This document shows positions 1 through 10,005 of a DNA stretch of 64,000 nt, piece after piece. How positions within the stretch are numbered: the stretch's first letter is position 1; every line of letters starts with the position of its first letter. Under the pieces are notes generated by a model that was not told the origin of the DNA, did no database searches, and saw nothing but the letters and a program-made list of their open reading frames with translations. The DNA is taken from positions 32,001-96,000 of IMG/VR virus record IMGVR_UViG_3300042673_001035. One strand, 5' to 3'. The position numbers were made by a program, and so were the translations under genes. Origin of the DNA: a virus.

Positions 1-1
1 C

Positions 2-1408
2 AGGCATCTTTATGTCTATGTTTGGTAACGATATTGTTAATAATGATGCCAAATCGGTCACACTTATATTTGGCAATTGTGGTAACTCCGGAAATTGTGG
101 TAATTCTATACTACCTAAATCAACTTCGGGGAATTCAACCGTAGATGGAAAATCAGGAACCGGTGGGCCCATTTTAACTTGATATCCATTATAATTTATA
201 ATTGCAGGTGCCGGTGGAGTTGGAGGTGTGTATTGTGCCGTAACTACCATATTTCCACCCACATTTAATAAATGTAATTGTGCCAAAGATAAAAATGGGT
301 CAAGCATTACATTCGTTTTTGTACTGAAAATAAAACTTGGTGGAGTAAAACTAATAAATGGTGGGTCTGGTATTAACCCCTTTATCTTATCTTCCGCCAA
401 TGCTCTAATCTCTTCTTCAGTGGGAGTTTTATCTTTAATTTGTTTTTCCAATTCTTCTTTCGTTGGAAGTTTCGGTAATTGAATTTGCAAATCTATATCA
501 GGAACTAAACCATTTATCGTATCTTTTACAAATTTTTTAATTTCTTTTAAGTTTGGTTTTGGTTTTGGAATGGAATCTAAAATTGCAACAACTGCTTGAA
601 CATATTGATATATTGGTTGTAATATAATATCTTCAATTGGAGGAATGATTTGTTTTTTAACTTCTTCGATTGCCTGTTCTAATAATTTTTCTTTAGTTTC
701 TTCTATTATTTTTTTTCTATCTGGTAATTTTGGAAATTCAAATTTTAATGCCTTTTTAATTTGTTTTCCAATTGCTGATTTTTTCTTTTTTGCTTCTTTT
801 AATTTCTTTATTATTTCTACTGCACCCTTAACTATTGGGTTATTTTTTATATCCGGTGCAACAACTTCTTTATTTATTATCTTTTGTGCAGTTTCATATA
901 CAGGAATTGCAATCGGTGGTAAAGGTGGAACGGATGGTAAAGTAATTGTTTGTTTTTTTAATTCGTCCTCTAAAATTTTTAATGCTTCCACTTCAGCTTT
1001 ATGTGCTGCAGTAGTTGCAGCTAACGTAATTGGGTCTGGCCCTATGTTTTGAATAGCTCCAGGTGCAGGTGGAGTTGATGGCCATCCTAATGGTTTTATT
1101 AAAGGATTTGGCAATGGTGACATTTCTGCACCTAACCAGTATGCATCAAATGCAGATGGGTATAATTCTTGTAATACATTGAAATTACTACCTACACTAT
1201 CTGTTCCTTTTTTTAATGCAATTTTTATAGCATCTGCCATGCCTTTAACATTACCATTGATAACATTAACTCCGTATAATAAATCCCCACCACTTTTAAT
1301 TGCCTTATCATATTCATTTGCATAAAATTCAGCAAATGCATCAGGATCAGCTTTAAATTGACCAGTAAGCATTGCAGTTAATACATTCAATTTAAAAATT
1401 GCCCACAT
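2..1408 (-). CDS. Proline-rich hypothetical protein, probably virion/baseplate-associated (truncated at window edge)
   Basis: Not in ORF track. ATG at 1408 (MWAIFKLNVLTAMLTGQF...) read by eye as open to the window edge; many PxxP/PxLP segments; directly follows the gp5-like gene. Confidence 0.7.
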   Translation of the reverse strand, partial: MWAIFKLNVLTAMLTGQFKADPDAFAEFYANEYDKAIKSGGDLLYGVNVINGNVKGMADAIKIALKKGTDSVGSNFNVLQELYPSAFDAYWLGAEMSPLPNPLIKPLGWPSTPPAPGAIQNIGPDPITLAATTAAHKAEVEALKILEDELKKQTITLPSVPPLPPIAIPVYETAQKIINKEVVAPDIKNNPIVKGAVEIIKKLKEAKKKKSAIGKQIKKALKFEFPKLPDRKKIIEETKEKLLEQAIEEVKKQIIPPIEDIILQPIYQYVQAVVAILDSIPKPKPNLKEIKKFVKDTINGLVPDIDLQIQLPKLPTKEELEKQIKDKTPTEEEIRALAEDKIKGLIPDPPFISFTPPSFIFSTKTNVMLDPFLSLAQLHLLNVGGNMVVTAQYTPPTPPAPAIINYNGYQVKMGPPVPDFPSTVEFPEVDLGSIELPQFPELPQLPNISVTDLASLLTISLPNIDIKMP

Positions 1409-1409
1409 A

Positions 1410-2624
1410 TTACTTACTTAAAAAGTTTCTAGATGATTGTATCTTAGATAGTCTTTGTTTAATTGATGTGAATATTGCCGAATTATGTGGGCCTGCACCG
1501 GTTGGGCCGACACCTGTTGCAAATACCATTTTATTTATGGCATCTAACATTTCACTCATCAAATCAATCAATTCACCCGATAGTACCATTCTTTGAACTT
1601 CGGAACCGGCACCACCTGGATTTCCAACTTTACCAATGTAAACAACTCCGGATGCATCACTATTTAATACTATATTTTTATTGGTATGGATTACAATGTC
1701 ACTATCGGAATGTGCATATATTTCTTTTGCAGAATCTATACTATATCTACCATCGGTTATAACTCCAGTATTTCCTTTTCCAAATATAATAAACTCACTT
1801 GCCTTTGCAGACAATACTATTCTATCGGAATTTACGAATAATTGGTTACCTGTTAGTTTTTCTGAATTAGGATATTCTCTAAAAGCTATTTTGGTTTTAT
1901 TTATATTTTCTTTAAATGGTACTTTAATTTTATTAGATGTAAAATATACGGATGTACCATCACCATTGATATCTTCGTCTATTAGTGTTCCTATTTTTGA
2001 ATTGTCAAGTTGTGGATTTTGTTTATTTCTTATAAAAATACCAGGAGATGAAGTTTTACCATCCTCAGTTAAAAAAAATTCACTAAATCTAATAGTATTA
2101 CCAACTCTACCACTTATGATAGTGTCTCCATTTCTTGGTTTTAAGAATTTAATCTTTTCATTTACTTTATATCGTTTCTCATCCGATTTTTTAGGTGTTC
2201 CTGTCTGACCTGTGGAACCAGTTTTTGTTTCTGTATAGTTTTTGTTTTTACCTTCAGAATTTCCAGTAGATACATTTTTCTCTCTACCAATTTCGGAAAC
2301 TAATAATGACTCTCTAAAATTCGGATATTGTGTTGCAGAATATGGTAACCAATAATGTGAATTTTGAATGTTTAATATTAATACAGTTTCACCTATTAGT
2401 GGATATGTTATATTATTTTTGTCAAATGGAAATGCATAGTCTTCTTTGTTAATAAAACTTTCTCTCCTATACTCTATTGCACCTAAAAATCTAACATCAG
2501 TATCCGTAAAGTCATTATTATCATTATATACTGGTACTAATTTTTTCTCTAAATCATTTTTTATAGATTTATCCGATTCAGTATAAACTCTGTATACGGT
2601 TGCTAGATAAGTTTCACCAATCAT
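1410..2624 (-). CDS. Baseplate hub/spike-like protein (gp5/gpV-like)
   Basis: N-terminal OB-like segment (YPLIGETVLI), SGRVGNTIRFS, beta-rich C-terminal repeats and terminal GVGPTG motif typical of myophage spike proteins. Confidence 0.6.
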   Translation of the reverse strand: MIGETYLATVYRVYTESDKSIKNDLEKKLVPVYNDNNDFTDTDVRFLGAIEYRRESFINKEDYAFPFDKNNITYPLIGETVLILNIQNSHYWLPYSATQYPNFRESLLVSEIGREKNVSTGNSEGKNKNYTETKTGSTGQTGTPKKSDEKRYKVNEKIKFLKPRNGDTIISGRVGNTIRFSEFFLTEDGKTSSPGIFIRNKQNPQLDNSKIGTLIDEDINGDGTSVYFTSNKIKVPFKENINKTKIAFREYPNSEKLTGNQLFVNSDRIVLSAKASEFIIFGKGNTGVITDGRYSIDSAKEIYAHSDSDIVIHTNKNIVLNSDASGVVYIGKVGNPGGAGSEVQRMVLSGELIDLMSEMLDAINKMVFATGVGPTGAGPHNSAIFTSIKQRLSKIQSSRNFLSK

Positions 2625-3028
2625 TATAATTTAGTTTTAATTTCTTCAATTTCAATTTGAATATCCGTTAATTTCTCTTTATTTTTTTCTTCTACTTGAT
2701 TTATCGTATCTTCCATATCTGCAAGTAATTGTTCTTTTTCATGTTCACTTAACCAACCATCTTCACCGATGCCTTTAGCTTCGGCAGCTGCAAGTCTTTG
2801 TGCAATAGTTGCAAGTTTAATTAAGTGGTCATCATTCTTAACCGATACCTCAATCAAATCTTTTATGATTGGTGCAATTACCGTTGCCTCACCTACATTA
2901 CGAATTAATTTTCTCAAAGATTCAATTAATTCAGAAATGTTTTTCTTTTTATTTTGTTGATTTTCGTATATATCTTTAAATAATGATGATAAATTTTTAC
3001 CATCAAATAATTGAAATTCGTTTGCCAT
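2624..3028 (-). CDS. Helical phage protein of unknown function
   Basis: 134-aa helical/coiled-coil ORF coupled to the gp5-like gene. Confidence 0.55.
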   Translation of the reverse strand: MANEFQLFDGKNLSSLFKDIYENQQNKKKNISELIESLRKLIRNVGEATVIAPIIKDLIEVSVKNDDHLIKLATIAQRLAAAEAKGIGEDGWLSEHEKEQLLADMEDTINQVEEKNKEKLTDIQIEIEEIKTKL

Positions 3029-3051
3029 TTTATATGTTTATGTACTAATAA

Positions 3052-4749
3052 TTATTTACTTATTAAAAACTTACCCAAAATCAAGTAATCCATATCACAA
3101 TTATGAAATGTCCAAATTGCTTTTTGTGGGTCATTTGTCATTGTGTGGTCTTTTAAGTTAAATGATGTATTTAATAAAATAGGTGTTCCTGTTAGTTTTT
3201 CGAACTCCTTTAATAAGTCATAGTAAAGTGGGTTATCTTCTCTTTTAAGTGTCTGTATCCTTGCCGAATTGTCAACATGGGTTACTGATGGAATGTTTAC
3301 TCCATTTTTAACTTTGACAACCTGATTCATATAAGGAACATCTTCTTCTGATAGAAAATACTTTTGATAATCTTCAATTGTAACCGATGGTGCAAACGGC
3401 CTAAACATCTCTCTCTTTTTGACAACCTTATTAATTCTATCTCTAATATCCGGCAAATGTGGATTACCCAATATAGAACGATTACCCAATGCTCTTGCAC
3501 CAAATTCAGTTCTACCTTGAAACCAACCTATAATGTTACCTTCATCAATTAATTTTGCAACCGATTTACACAACATCTCATTGGTATCGAACATTTCAAC
3601 TTTACTTCTATTGTTTTGCAATATGATTTTAAGTAATTCAGTACTATTCCATTCTTCACCTAAATATGGAGATTGATTATCACCACCTTTTACTTTTGGA
3701 TTGCCTAATACAATATGATGTTGATATAAACATGCACCAATTGCAGAACCCGAATCTGATGGTGCAAATGGAATCCAAACATTTTTGATATTTGTATGTT
3801 TTTTTATTTTACCATTAGCAGTTCCGTTATATGCACATCCACCACCTAATACTAAATTTTCACATTCCCAAATATTAGTAATTCTATTGATAATGAAATA
3901 TAATGCACTTTCATACCACTTTTGTAATGCGGCAGCTAGGTCTTTATGATGTTGTTCAATTGGTTCATCTTTAAATCTTGGTGGAAATCCAATTAAATCA
4001 ATAAGTTTTTCATTAAACATATCATTATCCGATGTGTGCCATGTAAAGTAAGACATATCCATTTTTACAATATCAAATTCACCACCTATTGTTACAACTT
4101 TATCAAATACACTATGATATCTAGCATCATCACCATATGGAGCCAGTCCCATCACTTTATATTCACCTTCGTTTGGTTTAAATCCTAAATACGCCGTAAA
4201 TGCCGAATAAATCAACCCCAAAGAATGTGGAAATTGTAATGTTTGTATTTTATGAAACCCTTTACTATCACACATTGTGGCGTATACCGAATGTCTTTCA
4301 CCAACTCCGTCAATTGACAAACCTATTGTTGTATCAAATGGTGATGTATAATATGAAAGTGCTAAATGTGATAAATGATGATGTGTATAGGTAATAATTC
4401 CTTCATATCCAATAGATTTCAATATTTTTTTTAAATTACCTTCGGTTTCATTCCATCTTTTATTAAACTTTCTCCACTTCATTGGGTATCTTAAACCACC
4501 CCACTTTCCTATTGTTTCTTTAACTCTTTCATACTTATCATTTGGGTTTTCATACCAACAAACCATATCAATTTCATCAATTGTTATTTTTGTATATTCT
4601 AAACACCATTGAATTGCTTTAAATGGAAAAGAACTATCGTGTTTAATTCCTGATAGTTTCTCCTCTTCGATTGCACATATAACTTTACCATCTATAACAA
4701 TTGTAGCTGCTGAATCGTGGTAAAATCCTGATAAACCTAATTGTATCAT
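3052..4749 (-). CDS. Carbamoyltransferase (NodU/CmcH/TobZ family)
   Basis: HDSAA, HHLSH, DGVGE, GEYKVMGLAPYG, GGCAYN, EFGARALGNRSIL, RPFAP and LLNTSFN motifs. Confidence 0.95.
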   Translation of the reverse strand: MIQLGLSGFYHDSAATIVIDGKVICAIEEEKLSGIKHDSSFPFKAIQWCLEYTKITIDEIDMVCWYENPNDKYERVKETIGKWGGLRYPMKWRKFNKRWNETEGNLKKILKSIGYEGIITYTHHHLSHLALSYYTSPFDTTIGLSIDGVGERHSVYATMCDSKGFHKIQTLQFPHSLGLIYSAFTAYLGFKPNEGEYKVMGLAPYGDDARYHSVFDKVVTIGGEFDIVKMDMSYFTWHTSDNDMFNEKLIDLIGFPPRFKDEPIEQHHKDLAAALQKWYESALYFIINRITNIWECENLVLGGGCAYNGTANGKIKKHTNIKNVWIPFAPSDSGSAIGACLYQHHIVLGNPKVKGGDNQSPYLGEEWNSTELLKIILQNNRSKVEMFDTNEMLCKSVAKLIDEGNIIGWFQGRTEFGARALGNRSILGNPHLPDIRDRINKVVKKREMFRPFAPSVTIEDYQKYFLSEEDVPYMNQVVKVKNGVNIPSVTHVDNSARIQTLKREDNPLYYDLLKEFEKLTGTPILLNTSFNLKDHTMTNDPQKAIWTFHNCDMDYLILGKFLISK

Positions 4750-4751
4750 AC

Positions 4752-5450
4752 TTAAATTTTTATATCACCATATTTGTCATATTCATTATATAGTTCCATT
4801 TGCCTTTCTTTCATTTTGTTGACAACTTTGGTTATATAATGTGTAGGGTGTCCTGTCATTTCTCTAATAAGTAAATATAATGATTTTTTATTAAAGTTTT
4901 CAATAAATTCAGCTCTACGGAATAATTCTAATACTGAGTCTGCAATCTGTAAATCTCTTTTCTTTGGAAAATAATTCTCCAAATGTTTATCCCAATATTG
5001 TAACATTCTAACATTAAAAGTTCTAAATTCGTCATTTCTTTCCTCCTCTCTAAAGTTATTTTCAGTATCAAATGATTCAGGTAAACCAGACATTATATCC
5101 GTATCTTTATATCTTTTGTAATTTGCATTATTATTTAAAATAAGATAGTTTCTTGCAACAATAGTAAAATAAGAGAATGCTTTACCTTTACCACTCTTAT
5201 ACATGTGTATTTTTTCAATCATAAATGTAACAACCTCTGCCATTACATCTTTTGGGTCATCATCAAAATAAGTAAATTTCCATTTATTATAAACTATTTC
5301 TGCAAGTTTGTCAAATGCAGATGCAATTCTTTCTCTATATAATTTATCTTTAATATATTGGTCATCGGTTAGATTATATTCAATAATAGCATCTTCCGTA
5401 TCTTTTGTAAAATATTGACGATTCGGCCCCCTTTTCTTTCTAATTGGCAT
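4752..5450 (-). CDS. Phage RNA polymerase sigma factor (T4 gp55-like late sigma)
   Basis: YFTKDTEDAII and KAFSYFTIVARNYLI region-2-like motif characteristic of gp55-type phage sigma factors. Confidence 0.75.
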   Translation of the reverse strand: MPIRKKRGPNRQYFTKDTEDAIIEYNLTDDQYIKDKLYRERIASAFDKLAEIVYNKWKFTYFDDDPKDVMAEVVTFMIEKIHMYKSGKGKAFSYFTIVARNYLILNNNANYKRYKDTDIMSGLPESFDTENNFREEERNDEFRTFNVRMLQYWDKHLENYFPKKRDLQIADSVLELFRRAEFIENFNKKSLYLLIREMTGHPTHYITKVVNKMKERQMELYNEYDKYGDIKI

Positions 5451-5715
5451 TTTGTTGTGTTTTGAATTTTTCGATGGTTTCTTTTATTTGATAAAATATA
5501 GAACCTACTTCATCGTCCTTCTCAAACATTTCACGAGAATCGATTTCTCTTAATGCCTCCAGTAATGCTTCGTTTCTTTCTAATTCCGTTTGTAAAAATA
5601 CATCATTATCTTCGATGATATCTTCGTATTTTTCTAATTTTTGTAAAAGATTATAAATTACAAATAATGATGCAACTACTAATACTGATAATATTGTGAT
5701 TATTGTGTATAACAT
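5440..5715 (-). CDS. Small membrane-anchored coiled-coil protein
   Basis: N-terminal hydrophobic helix followed by an acidic coiled coil. Confidence 0.6.
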   Translation of the reverse strand: MLYTIITILSVLVVASLFVIYNLLQKLEKYEDIIEDNDVFLQTELERNEALLEALREIDSREMFEKDDEVGSIFYQIKETIEKFKTQQNAN

Positions 5716-5717
5716 AA

Positions 5718-6353
5718 TTAAACGATTTCGTATCCTTGTAAAAAATATTTGTTTGCATTTTTGTATTTGATTTCAACCATTTCACCTTGTGGAGATTTCA
5801 TTACAATTTTATCGTTTCTACCATAACTAACTCTTTTGACAACCTGTGTATTATAAACTCTATCTTTGATTGTAAATCCGTCTAAATGGTCAATTTCGTG
5901 TTGAACTATAACTGTCATCATAGTTTCCTTAGATACTGACTTATTTTGTTCATCACCTTCTGGATTAATTTCAAATGTTAATTCACCCAAATTATCCGTA
6001 GCTATAACAACTTTAGAAGCTCTAATTGTTTTGATTGGAGACCTTAATGTTGATGGTATAGATAAACAACCTTCAAAGAATAAAAATCCTTCTTTTGACT
6101 TTTCTTTAATTATTGGATTTACTAAGAATAATTCTTCATCACCAAGCTGGATTAAACATGCTCTTTTTTTAATTCCAATTTGTGTTGCAGAAATTCCCAA
6201 TCCTGGATGTTTTACCAAAGCTTCACTTAATTGTAATCTTAATTCATCATATTCTTGTTGTGTAATTTCTGTTTTAGGAGTCGGTGTTTTAAGATACTCC
6301 GTAAACTCTTTTGTTGTTAGTCCATTAGAACCTTTGTCAACTATTAATTTCAT
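5718..6353 (-). CDS. def: Peptide deformylase
   Basis: All three PDF motifs: GLGISATQIG, EGCLS, QHEIDHLDG. Confidence 0.95.
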   Translation of the reverse strand: MKLIVDKGSNGLTTKEFTEYLKTPTPKTEITQQEYDELRLQLSEALVKHPGLGISATQIGIKKRACLIQLGDEELFLVNPIIKEKSKEGFLFFEGCLSIPSTLRSPIKTIRASKVVIATDNLGELTFEINPEGDEQNKSVSKETMMTVIVQHEIDHLDGFTIKDRVYNTQVVKRVSYGRNDKIVMKSPQGEMVEIKYKNANKYFLQGYEIV

Positions 6354-6356
6354 ATT

Positions 6357-6566
6357 TTATTTTTTTAATCCGTATTTTATCCACTTATACCAAACTCTTT
6401 CGTGAATGTAATATTGAATGGGTTTATAAATCAATTCTGCTACTCCAAATGTTGCACCTATTTTAATATCACCACTTACCCACCACATTATACCAAATCC
6501 AATTAAAGTTGATACAATACGATATGAAATGGTTTTGGCAATATGTCTTTTACGCTCTACTACCAT
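6357..6566 (-). CDS. DUF2061-like small membrane protein
   Basis: KTISYRIVST...YYIHERVW signature. Confidence 0.8.
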   Translation of the reverse strand: MVVERKRHIAKTISYRIVSTLIGFGIMWWVSGDIKIGATFGVAELIYKPIQYYIHERVWYKWIKYGLKK

Positions 6567-6945
6567 CTTCTTTATCTATGTTATAAATAATTACATCACC
6601 ATTTGAGTCAATGTATTTTTGTCTAATTGCAGTTCCACTAATTTTTTCTATTTCTTTTGGGGGTTCGTGATATATAACCTCATATCCAACACCTCTACCA
6701 TAGTTTACACTTTCAATGTCTGGAATAATCGATAACAATATTTTATCCCAATTGTTTGTAAAAAATGGTTCTTTTTGTAATTCTTGTAATACTTCTTGTG
6801 CTGATTTAGGATTATTTTCATCCTTTTGTACATCTCTAATTGCAACCCAACAATTTTTTCCGTTTTCTAATTGTTGATTGATTAACCACTCATGTCCTTT
6901 GTGCCATGTTTGCCATCTTCCGATGAATAATGCATATTTTTTCAT
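6550..6945 (-). CDS. Cytidylyltransferase-like (HxGH) nucleotidyltransferase
   Basis: FIGRWQTWHKGH and C-terminal ISGTAIR motifs. Confidence 0.85.
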   Translation of the reverse strand: MKKYALFIGRWQTWHKGHEWLINQQLENGKNCWVAIRDVQKDENNPKSAQEVLQELQKEPFFTNNWDKILLSIIPDIESVNYGRGVGYEVIYHEPPKEIEKISGTAIRQKYIDSNGDVIIYNIDKEDGSRA

Positions 6946-6964
6946 AAATTATAATTTCGTATTT

Positions 6965-6996
6965 CTAATATACGAAAATAATTCTAATTTACCAAA
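6965..6996 (-). promoter_or_regulatory. Bacteroidota-type primary-sigma promoter
   Basis: Minus strand TTTG-N20-TATATTAG, resembling the -33 TTTG / -7 TAnnTTTG consensus. Confidence 0.65.
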
Positions 6997-6998
6997 TA

Positions 6999-8090
6999 TT
7001 AATAAGTTTTAATATTTTCATTTTCACTTCTCAATCTGGATAACTCTCTAACATTACCACCCTTAGTTGATAACCAATAATTAACGGCCTTTGGGTTATT
7101 TATCCATAAATTTCTTTTATTCCAAGGAAATTCTGGATGCATATACTCTTCCCATTTTAAATCTGGAAGGTTTTCTTCTACATTTTCAGAAGTAGGTGTA
7201 TCATCAACCACAACATCAGTAGATTCAACATTTGTATCTTCTTCTTTTTTGTTAGTCTCATTTTTTTCGTTTTCGTTAACAATATTATCTCCGTAAACCT
7301 CATATAAACCCAATTTTTCATCATTTTCCATCATTTCAACTAAAATTTCTTTTTGTTTTTGTTTTTTATTCGAAATTAACCCGTTGAATGCGATAATAAG
7401 TGCGACTGCCAATGGGTCAAACACTATTACAATCAAAAATATGAAGAATTTTACAACATTTTTCAGTTCCATACCAAATGCTTCGGCAATAAACCTAAAA
7501 CCACCAACTTCTTTCTCCAAATCTAAGTTTGAGGTCTTAATTTCGTTGATTTTTTCGTTATTTTTAGCATTTTCTGTTTGTAAACCTTCAATTTTTTTGT
7601 TAATTTGAGCTGTTTGTCTATCTTTTTGGTCAATTGAACGTAAAAGACGAGAATTTACCTTACCTTTGTCTAAAATTGTGTTTTGTGTTGAGGATAACTG
7701 ACCCAATTGGGCGTTTAATTGGGTAATTTGAGCGGTATTTTGGTCAATTTTCGTAGTATAGACTAAAACTTCTCTATCTACCTGTTGCAATTTTAAGGAC
7801 TGAGATTGGAATGCATTGGAAAGATATCCAAATATACCCGCAGAAGTGATTAACATCAGTAATGCAACTGCAGAGGTCAAATACCACTTATTAAACCCCT
7901 TAATGTTTTCCCACTCTTGTTTTAAATAAGTTGCTGCAACTAACTTTGCAAACTCTAATGCACCGGCCATTACCATAACTGATACGGCTGCTCCACTAAA
8001 TAGAACACCCAAACCTGTTACGGAGAAGTAAGCTGCACATCCGGCAATAATTAGTGCAGAAAATCCGACTAAGTATTTAAGCCAATTCAT
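6999..8090 (-). CDS. Multi-TM membrane protein with long coiled coil
   Basis: Three N-terminal TM helices, coiled coil, fourth TM (IVFDPLAVAL), acidic tail. Confidence 0.7.
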   Translation of the reverse strand: MNWLKYLVGFSALIIAGCAAYFSVTGLGVLFSGAAVSVMVMAGALEFAKLVAATYLKQEWENIKGFNKWYLTSAVALLMLITSAGIFGYLSNAFQSQSLKLQQVDREVLVYTTKIDQNTAQITQLNAQLGQLSSTQNTILDKGKVNSRLLRSIDQKDRQTAQINKKIEGLQTENAKNNEKINEIKTSNLDLEKEVGGFRFIAEAFGMELKNVVKFFIFLIVIVFDPLAVALIIAFNGLISNKKQKQKEILVEMMENDEKLGLYEVYGDNIVNENEKNETNKKEEDTNVESTDVVVDDTPTSENVEENLPDLKWEEYMHPEFPWNKRNLWINNPKAVNYWLSTKGGNVRELSRLRSENENIKTY

Positions 8091-8267
8091 TTATCGATTG
8101 ATTCTGGTTAATTCGGCAACTCTCTCTACTATCTTTCTTGCATCTTCTAAAGTAGTGTGAGCAACTGATGGTGTCATTGATTGTGCACCAGTAATTCCGT
8201 TTTGTAAAATCCTTAATTTTCCGTCTAAAGATTCTAATAACATTTGTATTTTTTCGTTGTATATCAT
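8091..8267 (-). CDS. Small hypothetical protein (58 aa)
   Basis: Below track cutoff; MIYNEKIQMLLESLDGKLRILQNG...RINR*; abuts the start of the next gene. Confidence 0.6.
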   Translation of the reverse strand: MIYNEKIQMLLESLDGKLRILQNGITGAQSMTPSVAHTTLEDARKIVERVAELTRINR

Positions 8268-8290
8268 AGTAATAAATATTTGTTTATAAT

Positions 8291-8324
8291 AAAAAAGGTA
8301 GAAGTGTTTAATCTCCTACCTTTT
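8291..8324 (-). terminator. Rho-independent terminator
   Basis: GGTAGGAG/CTTCTACC stem followed by T6 on minus strand, downstream of the Hsp20 gene. Confidence 0.75.
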
Positions 8325-8355
8325 CAATATACGAAAAATAACTGAATTAACCTAA
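8324..8355 (-). promoter_or_regulatory. Bacteroidota-type promoter (weaker match)
   Basis: Minus strand TTAG-N20-TATATTGA preceded by CG as in the other copies. Confidence 0.5.
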
Positions 8356-8733
8356 TTTCGGGGTTAATTTTTTTGGTTTGGACTCTTCTTTTCTTTCAAT
8401 AGTAATTAAGAGAATACCATTTTTAATTTCAGCTTTTGCTTTTTTACCATCAAAGTTTTTACCTACGGTAACTCTTTCTTCAATGTCTGAAATTAATTGA
8501 TTGAAAGGATTTTCTTTGTCCTCTTTTGTTTTTTTGGCTTTGATTTCAATCTTGTCCTCAAAACAATTGATTTCAATATCATCAGGATTGTGTCCTAATA
8601 CTGATAATGCAATTGATGCAGATTCATCTTTAATGTCTACTGCAAATTTGTTTTGAACATAAGTTGTTTTTGTTTTTGATTGTTCGATTGGAAAAAATTC
8701 TTCAAACAATTTACTGTAATCAATCATGTACAT
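8347..8733 (-). CDS. Small heat-shock protein (Hsp20/alpha-crystallin)
   Basis: GHNPDDIEI and KAEIKNGILLITI motifs; 128 aa. Confidence 0.9.
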   Translation of the reverse strand: MYMIDYSKLFEEFFPIEQSKTKTTYVQNKFAVDIKDESASIALSVLGHNPDDIEINCFEDKIEIKAKKTKEDKENPFNQLISDIEERVTVGKNFDGKKAKAEIKNGILLITIERKEESKPKKLTPKLG

Positions 8734-8810
8734 AATATAAATGTTTTTAGTTAATAATACTCTATATAGTCCAAATACTATACCAAAGGACTACTTTTGA
8801 CATTTTGACA

Positions 8811-9458
8811 TTAAATTATGTTATCTTGTCTTTCAATGATTGTAGACATATGGTCTGCCCAATGCATAATAAATTGTAACTTATAAACCAATTGTTTCTT
8901 TAAGTCGTGACCTGCTAAATACTTTTGATTATCTTCATCATACATACCATCGGTAAGTTTAATTGCAAAATATTCTTTCTCATTATACTGAATGCCGTAA
9001 TGGTTCAATGTAAAAAAAGTTCTATCGGTTAGTGTCATATATGGAATATTCTCATTACGAACAAATAAAGTTCCGTATTTTTTTTGAGACCACTCTTCCT
9101 GGTTTGGTAAATAATGTAATTCACCTTTAACACCCAGCTTTCCTAAATCGTGATGTAGACAACTAAATATCAATTCTTCTTCGGTGAAATCAATCTCTCC
9201 ACCCTGTGATACAAATAGGTCTCTCATTTTAAGAGCGTTCTTACATACATTAAAGATGTGGTCTATATACCCACCTATATATGCGTTATGATAGTGTTTT
9301 GAGCCAGATGCGGCCGATAGTGTAAGGTTAACACCCAATTCTTCTTCGGAATACATATGGAGTAATTTCTCCAATCTTTCTCCTGTGAAATATTTTTTAA
9401 TTATACCTATAAATCGGTCATAATTTGCTTTTAATTCTTGTTCTGTCTTTTGTTTCAT
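8811..9458 (-). CDS. HD-domain phosphohydrolase
   Basis: HNAYIGGYIDH, LHHDLGK and HWAD motifs. Confidence 0.9.
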   Translation of the reverse strand: MKQKTEQELKANYDRFIGIIKKYFTGERLEKLLHMYSEEELGVNLTLSAASGSKHYHNAYIGGYIDHIFNVCKNALKMRDLFVSQGGEIDFTEEELIFSCLHHDLGKLGVKGELHYLPNQEEWSQKKYGTLFVRNENIPYMTLTDRTFFTLNHYGIQYNEKEYFAIKLTDGMYDEDNQKYLAGHDLKKQLVYKLQFIMHWADHMSTIIERQDNII

Positions 9459-9486
9459 AATTTAGAGTTTAATTGTTTATAATACT

Positions 9487-9518
9487 CTAATATACGACAA
9501 ATTTTTGATAATACCAAA
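9487..9518 (-). promoter_or_regulatory. Bacteroidota-type promoter
   Basis: Minus strand TTTG-N20-TATATTAG. Confidence 0.7.
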
Positions 9519-9519
9519 T

Positions 9520-10002
9520 TTAAATTAATGAACTTAATTTTAAATTTTTAGATACCCATACTGCCATTATTTCTCTACAACCAGATGTTATTTCTTTAAC
9601 TTCATGATATTCGGTTTTGCCGTCAAATGTTACCATATCTCCTTTTTTAAAATCAATCAACTCTTCATTAACATATAATTGTCCCCCTTCAAAATTATCA
9701 TTTAACATAATCAAATATGTTTTACTTGATTTGATGTCCAAATGTTTTTTAGCAAAATATCCAGATTCATATTTTATATAATGTAATGAATATATTATTT
9801 CATCTTTTTCTAATGTTATATATTTTGATATGGTATCGACCAATATATTATTAGTTAAATCACAATAAAATATATCTTTTAAATTTATTACGTTTTTAAA
9901 ATCGTGATATGATTTTATTTTATTGTTTTCATTTCCAAAATTATAATTTTTTAATATTATATCAATATCGTTATAATCAATTTTATTTTTAAATATCTCC
10001 AT
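9520..10002 (-). CDS. 2OG-Fe(II) oxygenase
   Basis: HLD...LNDNFEGGQL...HEVKEITSGCR (HxD...H...R). Confidence 0.9.
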   Translation of the reverse strand: MEIFKNKIDYNDIDIILKNYNFGNENNKIKSYHDFKNVINLKDIFYCDLTNNILVDTISKYITLEKDEIIYSLHYIKYESGYFAKKHLDIKSSKTYLIMLNDNFEGGQLYVNEELIDFKKGDMVTFDGKTEYHEVKEITSGCREIMAVWVSKNLKLSSLI

Positions 10003-10005
10003 AAT

